A stretch of 64,000 nt of DNA. Source: an uncultured Nitrospirales bacterium. Its GTDB lineage: Bacteria; Hydrogenedentota; Hydrogenedentia; Hydrogenedentales; GCA-2746185. Below, one piece after another: positions 28,254 to 38,847 of the stretch. Location of the stretch: assembly GCA_964620045.1 (NCBI GenBank), contig CAZUJL010000011.1, positions 31,477 through 95,476 of the forward strand, read 5' to 3'. Under the pieces are notes generated by a model. The model did no database searches. It worked only from the letters and a program-made list of their open reading frames with translations, and was not told the DNA's origin. Both the position numbers and the translations under genes were made by a program. Each line of letters starts with the position of its first letter. Within the stretch, counting starts at the first letter, position 1.

Positions 28254-28286
28254 ACGGTCCGTACTAGCGACAAATCCGCTATCGAA

Positions 28287-28458
28287 TTACGCCGCCGCGT
28301 GGCTCCCGCCGCGGACTTCGTCGCCGAAGCGCACCGATACGATTTGCGATACGCCGCGTTCCTGCTGGGTCACGCCGTACATGCCGGCAGCCTGCGCCAT
28401 CGTCTGTTTGTTGTGCGTAATCACGACGAACTGGGTGTCGACCGTGAACTCTTCAACC
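28287..28458. repeat. Direct repeat copy B (the 3' end of intact smc)
   Basis: See copy A. Confidence 0.85.
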
Positions 28459-31400
28459 ATCGACACAAAGCGGCCGATGTTCGCGTCGTCCAGCGGGGCG
28501 TCCACTTCGTCGAGCACGCAGAACGGGCTCGGCTTGGCCTTGAAGATGCCGAACAGCAGCGCGATCGCCGTCATGGCCTGCTCGCCGCCGGACAGCAGCA
28601 TGATGCTCTGCGGCTTCTTGCCGGGTGGACGCGCTTCGATCTCGATGCCGCACTCCAGCGGGTCGTTTTCGTCGGTCAGGAACAGGCGCGCCTGGCCGCC
28701 GTTGAACAACCGTCGGAAGTAGTTCTTGAAGTTTTCCGCGACCGCGTTGAAGGTCTCCACGAACATCGCGGTGATGGTCTTGTCGATGCGCTGGATCACG
28801 CCGAGCAGCGCTTCGCGCGCCTTGCGCAGGTCCTGATCCTGCGCCACCAGGAACGCGTGCCGCTCGACGAGCGCCTCGTGTTCCTCGATCGCCATCAGGT
28901 TCACCGGGCCGAGCCGTTCCAGACGCTCGCGGATATCGGCGACCATCTTTTCGCGCGTCTCCGCGTCGTGCTCGTCCGCGCCGACTTCTTCTTCGGTCAG
29001 CGACGCCAATGCCACGTGGTACTCGTTCAAAATCCGCTCGCGGAAGAATTCCAACTGGCTCTCGTCGTGCCGCAGTTCCATCTCGGTCTTGTGCACGAGC
29101 GTCTGCGCCTCGCGCACTTCCTCGCGCAGCACCTTGAGCGCCTTTTCGATCGTGTCGGATTCATCGAGCACTTCCTGGCGCCGGTTCTCGGCTTCGACCA
29201 CGCGCGTCCGCGCTTCCTCGCGCGCTTCGGACAAGGCCTTCGAGCGTTCGAGGTGTTCGGTAATGTCGGTTTCGAGCAGGCCCACCTGCGTGCGGAAGTC
29301 TTCGATCGCCTGTGCGCGACGGCCGGCTTCGCTGCGCGCATGCGCACACTCGCGCTGCACGCGCTGGTGCTCGCGCGCGGTCTCTTCGACCGACTTCGCC
29401 AGTTCAGCGATGTGCACGCGCAGGTCCGCCAGCGCCGCCGCCATCGTGGCGTGCGCCGTGCGCGCTTCGGCCGAGGCCTCCTGCGCCATGGTCAGCGCGC
29501 GCTCTAGCGACATTGCTTCCAGTTCCAGCGCCGCCGCCGCGTCCTGCTGCTGCGTGCGCTGGGTCGTGAAATCGTCGCGGCGCGAGACGAGCACATTGCG
29601 CTCGGCCTCGTTGTGTTCGGCGGATTTCTCCAACCGGGCGATTTCGCGCGACAGGCGGTCGCGTTCCGCAGCCACTTTGGCCCGGCCCGTGCGCACCGCG
29701 TCCATGCGCTGAGTCAGCGCCTCGCGCAGCTCGGTCTGCGCCGCCAAATGCAACGCCACGTCTTCGTTTTTCCACGCTGCGTGCGCCAGGCGGAATTCCA
29801 CGTCCGCCAGCGCCGCGTCGAGCCGCTCGATCTCCGCGCTGCGGCCGAGCAACCCGCGGCTTTCGTTTGCCGCGCGGCCGCCGGTCACCGCGCCCGAGGG
29901 CACGATCACCGAACCGTCCGCCGTCACGAAGGATCGGCGCGGCCGAACTTCGCGCGACAGGCGCAGGGCCTCGTCGAGCGAATCTGTAAGGTACGTGTCG
30001 CCCATCAAATAACGCACGATCGCGCTGTAGCGTTCATCGAAATTGACAAGGCTCAGCAGCGAACGCGCGGGGATGCTCTCGGCGTTTTCCGTCACGGCCG
30101 CTTCAATCGCATCGAGCGGCAAGAACGTCACGCGGCCGGCTTGTTGTTCCGACAAATAGGCAATCGCGGCCGCGGCATCTTCGCTGCGCTCGACCACGAC
30201 ACAATTCACATACGCGCCCAGCGCCGCTTCGACCGCGCGCTCGAATTCCGGGGCCGTGCGCACGAGATCGCCGACCGGCCCGATCACGCCGGACGCCGCC
30301 GGATGCGCCGTCTGCTTTGCGTGCATGATCGCTTTCACGCCCGCCGCGAAACCTTCGTACGAGTCGCGCAGTTCGCGGAAACTCGTCAGACGCGCTTCGA
30401 CACGGCCGCGCTCTTCGCGCAACCCTTGCCAAATCGCGCGCGCGGTTTCGCGTTCTTCGCGCAGGCGTTTCTCCGCGATGTTCGCTTCGCTGAGTTCGCT
30501 CTCGACACCCGCCAGCGCGGCGGCTTCCGCCTGCTCGCGCTGCTCGGCATCGGCCAGCGCAGCATTCAACGATTCGCGCTGCCGTGCTTCCTCGGCGAGA
30601 CGCGTATCGAGCGCCGCGAGCTGTTCTTCCATGTGCGCGATGTTGACGGTGAGCTTCTCAATCGCCGTCTCGGCGCGCGAGCGCTGGTTCATCGCATCTA
30701 CTGTCTTACGCCGCGATTCTTCAAGTCGCGCGTCCGCTTCCTTCACGCGCTCCGACGCCTGCTGCAGCTCGGCCTGGCGCGCGGCGAGCACGGCGTCGAT
30801 TTCGGCCTGCTCCGCACGCAACGCCTCGAGCCGCGCGGCCACTTCAGTGCCCTGCGTTTCGAGCGAATTCCCTTGTATTTCCAGAGATTCCCGCTCCGCC
30901 GCGGCCTTCTGCTCCTGGTCGCGCGAGAACGTGATCTGCTGCCGCACGAGCGCCACGTGCCGCTCGATTTTTTCCATCTCCACGTCGATCTCGTGCACCG
31001 CTTCGCGCCGCGCGTGGAGGTTGCGATCCGCTTCGAGTTTCGCGAGGCTGAGTTCTTCGTGCCGCGCCTCGAGCTCGCTCATCTCGGCGTTTTTCTTTTC
31101 GTACGTGTCCTGCGCCTGCGCGAAGCGTTCGTTCAACTCGGCCAATTTCGCGGTGAGGTCGCGCTGCTTGAGCCACGACGCGCGGATTTCCAGCTCGCGC
31201 AGTTGCGTGGTGAGTTCGCGGTGCCGCAGCGCCGCGTTTACCTGGCGCTTCAGCGATCGCATCTGCCGCTCGACTTCGTGAACGATGTCGCCGAGGCGCA
31301 ACAGATTTTGATCCGCGCCTTCGAGTTTGCGCATCGCGATCTTCTTGCGCGTTTTGTATTTGATGATCCCGGCGGCTTCTTCGAACAGGAAGCGGCGGTC

Positions 31401-31865
31401 TTCCGGCTTCGAGCTGAGCACCATGCCGATCTTGCCCTGCCCGATCATCGAGTACGCGTTCGTCCCGATGCCGGTGTCCATGAACAGTTCCTGCACATCG
31501 CGCAGGCGGCATGGCGCCTTGTTGATCAGGTACTCGCTCTCGCCCGAGCGGTACACGCGGCGGGTGACCTGCACCTCGGCAAATTCGATCGGCAGCGCGC
31601 CGTCGGCGTTGTCGAAAGTCAGCGTCACTTCGGCCATGCCCATGGCCGCGCGCTCTTCGCTGCCGTTAAAAATCACGTCCTGCATATGCGCGCCGCGCAG
31701 GCTCTTGGGCTTCTGCTCGCCCAGCGCCCAGCGCATCGCGTCGAGAATATTGCTCTTCCCGCAGCCGTTCGGCCCCACCACCGCGGTCATGCCCGCGTCG
31801 AGGTCCACAATGGTTCGGTCCGCGAAGGACTTAAAGCCGATCATTTCGATTCGTTTGAAATGCAT
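28287..31865 (-). CDS. smc: Chromosome partition protein SMC
   Basis: MHFKRIEMIGFKSFADRT...VVGPNGCGKSNILDAMRWALGEQ, a long coiled coil, the LSGGEQAMTAIALLF signature, and a C-terminal Walker B segment. Confidence 0.9.
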   Translation of the reverse strand: MHFKRIEMIGFKSFADRTIVDLDAGMTAVVGPNGCGKSNILDAMRWALGEQKPKSLRGAHMQDVIFNGSEERAAMGMAEVTLTFDNADGALPIEFAEVQVTRRVYRSGESEYLINKAPCRLRDVQELFMDTGIGTNAYSMIGQGKIGMVLSSKPEDRRFLFEEAAGIIKYKTRKKIAMRKLEGADQNLLRLGDIVHEVERQMRSLKRQVNAALRHRELTTQLRELEIRASWLKQRDLTAKLAELNERFAQAQDTYEKKNAEMSELEARHEELSLAKLEADRNLHARREAVHEIDVEMEKIERHVALVRQQITFSRDQEQKAAAERESLEIQGNSLETQGTEVAARLEALRAEQAEIDAVLAARQAELQQASERVKEADARLEESRRKTVDAMNQRSRAETAIEKLTVNIAHMEEQLAALDTRLAEEARQRESLNAALADAEQREQAEAAALAGVESELSEANIAEKRLREERETARAIWQGLREERGRVEARLTSFRELRDSYEGFAAGVKAIMHAKQTAHPAASGVIGPVGDLVRTAPEFERAVEAALGAYVNCVVVERSEDAAAAIAYLSEQQAGRVTFLPLDAIEAAVTENAESIPARSLLSLVNFDERYSAIVRYLMGDTYLTDSLDEALRLSREVRPRRSFVTADGSVIVPSGAVTGGRAANESRGLLGRSAEIERLDAALADVEFRLAHAAWKNEDVALHLAAQTELREALTQRMDAVRTGRAKVAAERDRLSREIARLEKSAEHNEAERNVLVSRRDDFTTQRTQQQDAAAALELEAMSLERALTMAQEASAEARTAHATMAAALADLRVHIAELAKSVEETAREHQRVQRECAHARSEAGRRAQAIEDFRTQVGLLETDITEHLERSKALSEAREEARTRVVEAENRRQEVLDESDTIEKALKVLREEVREAQTLVHKTEMELRHDESQLEFFRERILNEYHVALASLTEEEVGADEHDAETREKMVADIRERLERLGPVNLMAIEEHEALVERHAFLVAQDQDLRKAREALLGVIQRIDKTITAMFVETFNAVAENFKNYFRRLFNGGQARLFLTDENDPLECGIEIEARPPGKKPQSIMLLSGGEQAMTAIALLFGIFKAKPSPFCVLDEVDAPLDDANIGRFVSMVEEFTVDTQFVVITHNKQTMAQAAGMYGVTQQERGVSQIVSVRFGDEVRGGSHAAA

Positions 31866-32041
31866 GGTTTCCCGCCTGAGTTGATGCGCCCGAGATCCCC
31901 CAGCACGCGATCGCGCAGCTTCGAAAAAGCACGGCACAGCCGCCGCGCCAATCGAGGGGTGGGCTTCCGCCCAAAGATACCGCCCCACCGCCCAGCCCAT
32001 TGTCGGCGCTGGGGTTAGGGAATGTCAATCGCGAAATAACC

Positions 32042-33604
32042 CTACTTCGCGAGCTCCGAGGACCGCGTTTCGCGCACGACCGTGATCCGGATTTGGCCGG
32101 GGTAGGTCACGTCGCTTTCGATCTTTCGCGCGATGTCCCGCGCGAGCTGTTGCGACTGCGCGTCGTCCACCGAATCCGGCCGGACGACCACCCGCACCTC
32201 GCGGCCGGCCTGAATCGCGTAGCTCTTTTCGACGCCCGGGAAGGCGTCGGCAATTTCCTCAAGCTGCTTGATGCGCTTGATGTAGGTATCCACCGTTTCG
32301 CGCCGCGCGCCGGGCCGGGCGGCCGACAGGGCGTCCGCCGCCTGCACCAGCACGGCAATGACGGAATTTTGGGGCATTTCGTTGTGGTGTGCGCCCACGG
32401 CATTCGCGATCAGCTCGGATTCGCCATATTTTTTGCACAAATCGTAGCCCAGCACCGCGTGGGAGCCTTCGACTTCGTGGGTCAGCGCCTTGCCCATGTC
32501 GTGGATCAGGGCCGCGCGCTTGGCAACCTGGATGTCCTCGCCGATTTCGGCCGCCATGATGCCGGCCAGGTGGCAGACTTCCTGGCTATGGCGCAACACG
32601 TTCTGGCCATAGGACGTGCGGTATTTCAACCGGCCAATCAGCTTTACGATTTCCGGGTGCAGCCCGTGCACGTCCACTTCCATGCACGCCGCGTCGCCCC
32701 ACTCGCGGATGTTCTGATCCATTTCCTGGCCGACCTTCTCGACCATTTCCTCGATGCGCGCGGGATGGATGCGGCCGTCCTGGATCAGGCGCTCCAACGT
32801 AATGCGCGCGATTTCGCGCTTGATGGGATCGAAGCCGGAGAGCACCACGGCCTCGGGGGTGTCGTCGATGATCAGGTTGATGCCGGTCGCCGTTTCCAGC
32901 GCGCGGATGTTGCGCCCTTCGCGGCCGATGATGCGGCCCTTCATTTCGTCGCTGGGCAGCGCGACCACCGACACGGAATGCTCCGCGATGTGGTCCGCCG
33001 CGCAACGCTGCACGGCCTCGCTGAGAATCTTCTTGGCCTTCTTCTCGGAATTCTCGACCAGCTCGTCTTCAATGCGCTTGAGCCGCAGCGCCGAGTCGCG
33101 CCGCACTTCCTGTTCCAGCTTCTCGAAGATCTGCTCGCGCGCGGCGTCCGCCGTTAACCCGGCAATCTGCTCCAGTTGCTTGAGTTGCTGCTGGATAATT
33201 TCGTCGACGCGGGTCTCTTTTTTCTTCAGATTGTCCGCGCGGCCCTGCAATTCCTTGTCGCGTTTCGAGAGGTTTTCGGTCTTTTCTTCGAGGGCTTCCA
33301 GGCGGGAATCGAGGCTCTCTTCCTTCTTCAGGATACGTTTTTCAAGGTTCAGCAGCTCGGTGCGCTGTTTGGAAGATTCCTCCTCCATGCGCTCGCGGAG
33401 CGAAATTTCCTGCTCCTTCACGGAAGTCTTGGCTTCTTTGGCCATGGCCGCGGCATTGCGTTCCGCGTCGGACAGAATCTGCGCCGCTTCGCGCCGCGCG
33501 GCCTTCAGCGCGCCTTGCCCGCGCATGGTCATCAGCACGATACCGCCGCCGGCGCCAAGGACCAGCGCGACGACTACCAAGGCCCACATAATGGGATCGG
33601 ACAT
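32042..33604 (-). CDS. rny: Ribonuclease Y
   Basis: N-terminal TM helix, coiled coil, KH domain ([13 protein letters not shown]) and HD domain (LIHDMGKA...). Confidence 0.85.
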   Translation of the reverse strand: MSDPIMWALVVVALVLGAGGGIVLMTMRGQGALKAARREAAQILSDAERNAAAMAKEAKTSVKEQEISLRERMEEESSKQRTELLNLEKRILKKEESLDSRLEALEEKTENLSKRDKELQGRADNLKKKETRVDEIIQQQLKQLEQIAGLTADAAREQIFEKLEQEVRRDSALRLKRIEDELVENSEKKAKKILSEAVQRCAADHIAEHSVSVVALPSDEMKGRIIGREGRNIRALETATGINLIIDDTPEAVVLSGFDPIKREIARITLERLIQDGRIHPARIEEMVEKVGQEMDQNIREWGDAACMEVDVHGLHPEIVKLIGRLKYRTSYGQNVLRHSQEVCHLAGIMAAEIGEDIQVAKRAALIHDMGKALTHEVEGSHAVLGYDLCKKYGESELIANAVGAHHNEMPQNSVIAVLVQAADALSAARPGARRETVDTYIKRIKQLEEIADAFPGVEKSYAIQAGREVRVVVRPDSVDDAQSQQLARDIARKIESDVTYPGQIRITVVRETRSSELAK

Positions 33605-34133
33605 GTTTCATCATCTCCTCGGGGACCGAAGAGACGCAGATCGGGGATGGTGTGAGAACGGACTTACGCGGATGGGCGAAGCGGTGCGGTCATAAAATCG
33701 ATGTACCGCCCTGGATCAAGGCTCACTCGTTGTGCTTCGCCGAAACTACAGATCGCGGCAGTCGTGCCGCGCATCCGTCGTTCTTCGGCGGAGCGGTCAA
33801 GGCAAACGCCTGTCATTCACCAACCTATCGCTAAACGCCCCGTGAAGGGACGAAGTCACGTTCTCTGGCGCAAATCGCGCCAACCGGTCCGCCGCGCACG
33901 AGCGCCGCGTCCTCGTTGCGTCTTTGGGTCACCCAGTCAGTTTCTACTCGGTGATGTATATGTGTAACGGCGATTGGCTTACTTCCGCCCCAAATCGCCG
34001 ACGGGCCATTATAGGGAGCGCTGGCAGGGCAGTCAATGAAATCTGGCCTTCAGGCCCCTGTTTGATCCGGCCCTGCGCTTCACGCTACTTTCGCGTCACG
34101 AAGCCTGCGTCGGATCCTCACGCCAAGGAAGCC

Positions 34134-36134
34134 ATGGCCCCGAACGACCCCACCATCAACGACGCCGAGGCGCTGGTTCGCCAGCAAATCGTGTCCTCTG
34201 AAGACATGGCCGAGGCCCTCAAGCGCGAAGAAGCTGGCGGTGCGCCGTGGTATCGCCAGCTTGTGCACATGCGCAAGCTCAGCTTCGGCAATGTCAGCGA
34301 CATCCTCCATTACGAATTCCATTCGCCGGCCGCGCGGCAAAGCCATGCGCAGCTCGGCGAAGCGCTCGTACACTCCAACGTGCTCACGCAGGAGCGTCTG
34401 CAGGAGGCGCTCGCGCTGCAAAAGCGCAGCGGCAAACTGCTCGGCTCCGTTCTGGTGGATGCCGGGTTCGTCACGCCGGATCAGATCGCGCAAGTCCTGG
34501 CTGCGCAGTACGGCCTCGAGTACGTCCCGCTCGACAAAACGCCCAGCCGCCGCGAGGCGCTCGACCTTGTGCCGGAAAACATCGCCGTGCAAAAGGCGCT
34601 TATTCCCGTGCATGTCGAGGGCGATCGCCTCACGGTCCTGATTACGGGTCCACAAGCCCCCGATCGCCTGAAGGCGGTCGGCATTCTGCTGGGCGTGCGC
34701 GTGCACCCGAAGATGACGGCGGTCGCCGACCTCGAAGCCGAAATCAAACGGCGCTATGAGGGGCGGCCGAAGCACCTACACGCACCCGCGCCGGCTCCCG
34801 CACCGGCGGCCAAGGCGCCTCCCAAACCTGCACCGCCCCCGGCCCCGCCGCCGGCCGCTGCGCCTGTGGCTGCAGCACCCGTGGCAAAACCGGAATCGCC
34901 GAAACCAGCGCCGACCAAGGAAACAAAAAACATGACGCAGAACGAAACATCCGAGCCGAAACGCTTCGAAGAAATCGCGCGCGAAGCCCAGGGCGTTCCG
35001 GTGGTGAAGCTCGTGACCACCATCATCGAGGGCGCGGTGAACTCCGGCGCCACGGACGTGCACCTCGATCCACAGGACCCCGAGATGCGCGTGCGCTACC
35101 GCATCGACGGCGTGCTGCACGACGTGATGAGCATTCCACGGGACATCGAGAGCGCGGTCGTCTCGCGTCTGAAAATCATGGCCGACATGGACATCACCGA
35201 AACGCGCCGGCCGCAGGACGGCCACATCAGCATGACCATCGGCGAAGGCGAGTTCGATATCCGCATCGCGACGCTGCCCGCGTTCCTCGGCGAACGCATC
35301 GTGCTGCGCCTCTTGGACCAGTCCTCGGTGCTGTCGGGGATCCGCGATCTCGGCCTCGAGCCGGACGACGAGAAGCGGCTCCAGCGCATTATCGAGCAGC
35401 CCTACGGCATGATTCTCGTGACCGGCCCCACGGGCAGCGGTAAAACGACGACGCTTTACTCCTGCCTGAACGAAATGGATGTGCTCACGCAAAGCATCGT
35501 CACGCTTGAAGACCCGGTCGAATACCAGCTCTCGGGCATTAACCAGGTGCAGATCGATCCGGATATCGATCTCACCTTTGCCAACGTGCTGCGCGCCTCG
35601 CTGCGCCAGGACATTGACGTTCTGCTCGTCGGCGAAATTCGCGACCCCGAGACCGCGCGCATCGCGATCCGCGCCGCGATGACGGGCCATCTGGTTTTTA
35701 GCACCCTGCACACCAACGATGCGCCGGAAGCTATTTCAACACTGCGCAACATGGACGTGCCGTCGTACCTTGTCGCGTCGGCGCTCACCGCAATCATCGC
35801 GCAGCGCCTGGTGCGCTGCATCTGCACCGAATGCAAAACAGCGTATACCCCGACGAAGCCGTTGCTGAATTCCATCCGTCTGCCTGAGACGACGAAAAAA
35901 CTTTACAAGGGCGCCGGTTGCAGCAACTGTTATCACACGGGTCACCACGGCCGCACGGGTATCTTCGAAATCCTCGAACTCAATGAAGCCATCCGCAAAA
36001 TGGTGGTCGCCGACGATCCGGTGGAAAAAATCGCGAAGGCCGCGAAGCTGCAAACCATGGCCGATCGCTGCCGGACGAAGGTGAAAAATGGTGAAATTAC
36101 CGCCGAGGAATTTCTGAACGTCATCCGGACGTGA
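34134..36134 (+). CDS. GspE/PilB-family secretion ATPase with two N-terminal T2SSE_N/MshEN-like domains and a Pro/Ala-rich linker
   Basis: Walker A GPTGSGKTT, Asp box, Walker B DVLLVGEIRD, His box, and a tetracysteine motif (CTECK...CSNC). AAGGAAG RBS before the ATG. Confidence 0.85.
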   Translation: MAPNDPTINDAEALVRQQIVSSEDMAEALKREEAGGAPWYRQLVHMRKLSFGNVSDILHYEFHSPAARQSHAQLGEALVHSNVLTQERLQEALALQKRSGKLLGSVLVDAGFVTPDQIAQVLAAQYGLEYVPLDKTPSRREALDLVPENIAVQKALIPVHVEGDRLTVLITGPQAPDRLKAVGILLGVRVHPKMTAVADLEAEIKRRYEGRPKHLHAPAPAPAPAAKAPPKPAPPPAPPPAAAPVAAAPVAKPESPKPAPTKETKNMTQNETSEPKRFEEIAREAQGVPVVKLVTTIIEGAVNSGATDVHLDPQDPEMRVRYRIDGVLHDVMSIPRDIESAVVSRLKIMADMDITETRRPQDGHISMTIGEGEFDIRIATLPAFLGERIVLRLLDQSSVLSGIRDLGLEPDDEKRLQRIIEQPYGMILVTGPTGSGKTTTLYSCLNEMDVLTQSIVTLEDPVEYQLSGINQVQIDPDIDLTFANVLRASLRQDIDVLLVGEIRDPETARIAIRAAMTGHLVFSTLHTNDAPEAISTLRNMDVPSYLVASALTAIIAQRLVRCICTECKTAYTPTKPLLNSIRLPETTKKLYKGAGCSNCYHTGHHGRTGIFEILELNEAIRKMVVADDPVEKIAKAAKLQTMADRCRTKVKNGEITAEEFLNVIRT

Positions 36135-36522
36135 TCGGCCAGAAAACCGCGTATTATTGGGCTTTGCGCCTTGTAAAGCCCCTGAGCCTTTGTTAGCATG
36201 AAGTCGCTGCACGGGGTTCTGCGGGCAGCGCTTCCCGGGGTTGAGATCTCCACAGGTTTGTTGGATATGTGGAGAATTGTTTGTGAATCGCACTCCAAAA
36301 ACGCGCGGTTCATCAACACGAATTCAGACCCCATGAAGCGGCGGGATGGTGGTATGGGGAGTGCGGGGAATGATCGTGCATTTTTTCCGCAAGTCATCCA
36401 CCGGCCAACCAGTGTCGCGCCATGGGGTTGGAAGGTTTTCACAATAACTCACACGACCACTACTACGATTACTTAATTTATAAATTAAGAAAAGAACCAT
36501 TACTACACGAGGATATTGTGAA

Positions 36523-37632
36523 ATGAAGATCATCATCCCGAAGCAGGATTTACTGGACGCGGTCAATAAAGTGAAGACGGTAGTGTCCGCGAAATCCGCG
36601 TTGCCGATCCTCTCTCACATCCTCATCGAAGCGGAAAAGGGAAAGATTCATCTTTCCGCGACGGATTTGAAAGTCAGTCTGGAATGCACAGTTGATTGTG
36701 AAGTGAAGAAAGCCGGTTCATTGACGGTGTCTTCACAGCGTCTTGCATCCATCCTGGCTGAGCTTCCGGATTCGGATATCACGATTGAACTGGGTGAAAG
36801 CAATGTGATTCGCATTGAATGCGGGAAAATCCACACCCGCTTGTTCAGTATGTCACCCGAAGAGTTCCCGCCCGCGCGGCAGTTGGAAGATGTGGAGCCG
36901 CTGGTTCTGCCACAGAAGTTACTCCGGGATATTTTTGAGAAGACCTCTTTCGCGATTTGCACCGACCAGGCCCGCTACAACCTTACAGGACTTTTGATGG
37001 AGCTCAAGAACGGCGTGCTTACCGCCGTGGCCACGGATGGTCGCCGCATGAGCCTTTACAAGGAAGATGAAGGCATCATCGATGGTGTCAACGTAAAGGT
37101 GATTGTTCCGGGAAAATTGATCCAGGAATTGATGCGTTTGCTGGGTGATGAAGGTGATGTGCAGGTGTATTTCGGCGAGAATCAGGCCGCCTTCGAGTTT
37201 GATTCACTCCGCTTGACGACGGCCCTTATCGAAGGTTCGTTCCCGAATTACGAGATGGTCGTGCCGCAGAAGCACGACAAACAGGCCAAGGTCGATACCG
37301 CTGCCTTTATCGAAGCGGTACGCCGTACGCGCACAATGACCAACGAAAAATTTAACTCCGTTCGCTTTAAGCTCGACAACGGACTAGTCCGCCTGAGCGT
37401 AGTAACCCCTGAAGTTGGTGAATACGAAGAAGAGCTGCAACTCGAGTACAAGGGCGACACAATCGAGATCGCGTTCAATCCTGATTTCCTGCTTGATATT
37501 CTCAAACACATCAACTCTGATTCATCCATCTTGGTGCTGAAGGACGCGATGAGCCCGGGCATCGTAAAGCCGGTGGCCGAGAACGGCACCGACAAGTACA
37601 TCAACGTCGTGATGCCAATCCGCATATCCTGA
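36523..37632 (+). CDS. dnaN: DNA polymerase III beta sliding clamp
   Basis: MKIIIPKQDLLDAVNKV...ILSHILIEA..., about 369 aa, typical DnaN. Confidence 0.9.
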   Translation: MKIIIPKQDLLDAVNKVKTVVSAKSALPILSHILIEAEKGKIHLSATDLKVSLECTVDCEVKKAGSLTVSSQRLASILAELPDSDITIELGESNVIRIECGKIHTRLFSMSPEEFPPARQLEDVEPLVLPQKLLRDIFEKTSFAICTDQARYNLTGLLMELKNGVLTAVATDGRRMSLYKEDEGIIDGVNVKVIVPGKLIQELMRLLGDEGDVQVYFGENQAAFEFDSLRLTTALIEGSFPNYEMVVPQKHDKQAKVDTAAFIEAVRRTRTMTNEKFNSVRFKLDNGLVRLSVVTPEVGEYEEELQLEYKGDTIEIAFNPDFLLDILKHINSDSSILVLKDAMSPGIVKPVAENGTDKYINVVMPIRIS

Positions 37633-37648
37633 GGGCATGTGGGAAAGT

Positions 37649-37657
37649 TGTGGATAA
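37649..37657. promoter_or_regulatory. Perfect DnaA box TGTGGATAA in the AT-rich region 3' of dnaN
   Basis: Exact 9-mer consensus, inside a 234-bp AT-rich intergenic region that also contains a nearby AAACCATT...AATGGTTT inverted repeat and a TATATATATAAATT tract. Confidence 0.4.
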
Positions 37658-37866
37658 CCCAGGTTTCATTCGGGAATATCTTGACCGTACTGCTACTCAC
37701 ACCCATCAAAATTGAAAACTACTCTGCAACACGATCACTATAAACCATTTATCATCAATGGTTTATATATATAAATTGACGCTTGGTTTTTAGACCCTTG
37801 GGATTTCCCAGCTAGCGAAGTTTTGCGTCAACTGATCATACGCGCGGTGCATAACTCCTTTAATTC

Positions 37867-38847
37867 GTGAGATGTTTCCTTGTCGCGGGAGGTAGCGTTC
37901 TGGCGAAGTATCTGGTGACCGGCGGCGCTGGATTCATCGGCGGCCATTTGGTCGAAGCGCTCGTTCGGCGTGGCGAAGATGTCCGTGTATTGGACAACCT
38001 CGCCACCGGGAAGATTCACAACCTCGCGAATTTTCGCAACCAGATCGAATTCATTGAGGGCGATATCTGTGATGCGGATACGCTCGCCCGCGCGATGAAC
38101 GGCGTCACATACTGCCTGCACCAAGCGGCGCTCGGTTCTGTCCCGCGCTCAATCGCCAACCCTCTGGCCAGCAACGAGGCCAACGTTATCGGCAGCATCG
38201 CTGTCTATCTCGCCGCGCGCGACGCCGGCGTAAAGCGTGTGCTCGCCGCATCGTCGTCGTCCGTGTATGGCCCGCGGGCGCCGGTGCCCACGCCGGAATC
38301 GTCGCCGCTCTCGCCGGCCTCTCCCTACGCCGTGTCGAAAGCCGCGGCTGCGATGTACGGCGAAGTTTTCTCGCAAATATACAGCACGGAGATCGCCCTG
38401 CTTCGCTACTTCAACGTATTTGGTCCACGACAGGATCCAACCTCGCAGTACGCGGCCGTGATCCCGCGCTTCACGACGTCGCTGTTGAACGGTCAGGCGC
38501 CCACAATCAACGGCGACGGCCAGCAGTCCCGCGACTTCACCTTTGTGGAGAACGTAGTGGAGGCCAACCTCGCGGCCTGCGCCGCGCCCACGCGCCTCAG
38601 CGGTACCTACAACGTGGCCTGTGGCGGCACGACGACGATCCTGCGGTTGTACGAGCTGATCTCGCAGGAATTGGGCGTGAGTATTGCCCCGATCCACGGC
38701 CCGCCGCGCGCGGGCGATATTACGCGGTCTTTCGCCGACATCACGCGCGCCAAAGAAGGCTTTGGATATACGCCGCGCGTCAGTGTGGAAGATGGGATCA
38801 AGCGCACGGTGGCCTGGTACCGCGCGCAACACGCGCAGCGCGCTTAG
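37867..38847 (+). CDS. NAD-dependent epimerase/dehydratase (GalE/WbpP-like UDP-sugar 4-epimerase family)
   Basis: VTGGAGFIGGHLVEAL Rossmann motif and YAVSKAAAAMY (YxxxK). The start is uncertain (GTG at 37867 or downstream). Confidence 0.75.
   Translation: MRCFLVAGGSVLAKYLVTGGAGFIGGHLVEALVRRGEDVRVLDNLATGKIHNLANFRNQIEFIEGDICDADTLARAMNGVTYCLHQAALGSVPRSIANPLASNEANVIGSIAVYLAARDAGVKRVLAASSSSVYGPRAPVPTPESSPLSPASPYAVSKAAAAMYGEVFSQIYSTEIALLRYFNVFGPRQDPTSQYAAVIPRFTTSLLNGQAPTINGDGQQSRDFTFVENVVEANLAACAAPTRLSGTYNVACGGTTTILRLYELISQELGVSIAPIHGPPRAGDITRSFADITRAKEGFGYTPRVSVEDGIKRTVAWYRAQHAQRA

Noticed and set aside
29613-32018. 801-aa plus-strand ORF antisense to smc (and 28299..29507 likewise)
   Set aside because: Antisense to a canonical SMC CDS; low-complexity Arg/Phe-rich translation.
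33605-34133. Possible riboswitch or leader in the 530-bp divergent intergenic region between rny and the GspE-like ATPase gene
   Set aside because: I could not recognise any Rfam-type consensus (c-di-GMP, SAM, TPP and so on) by eye; it is probably just divergent promoters.
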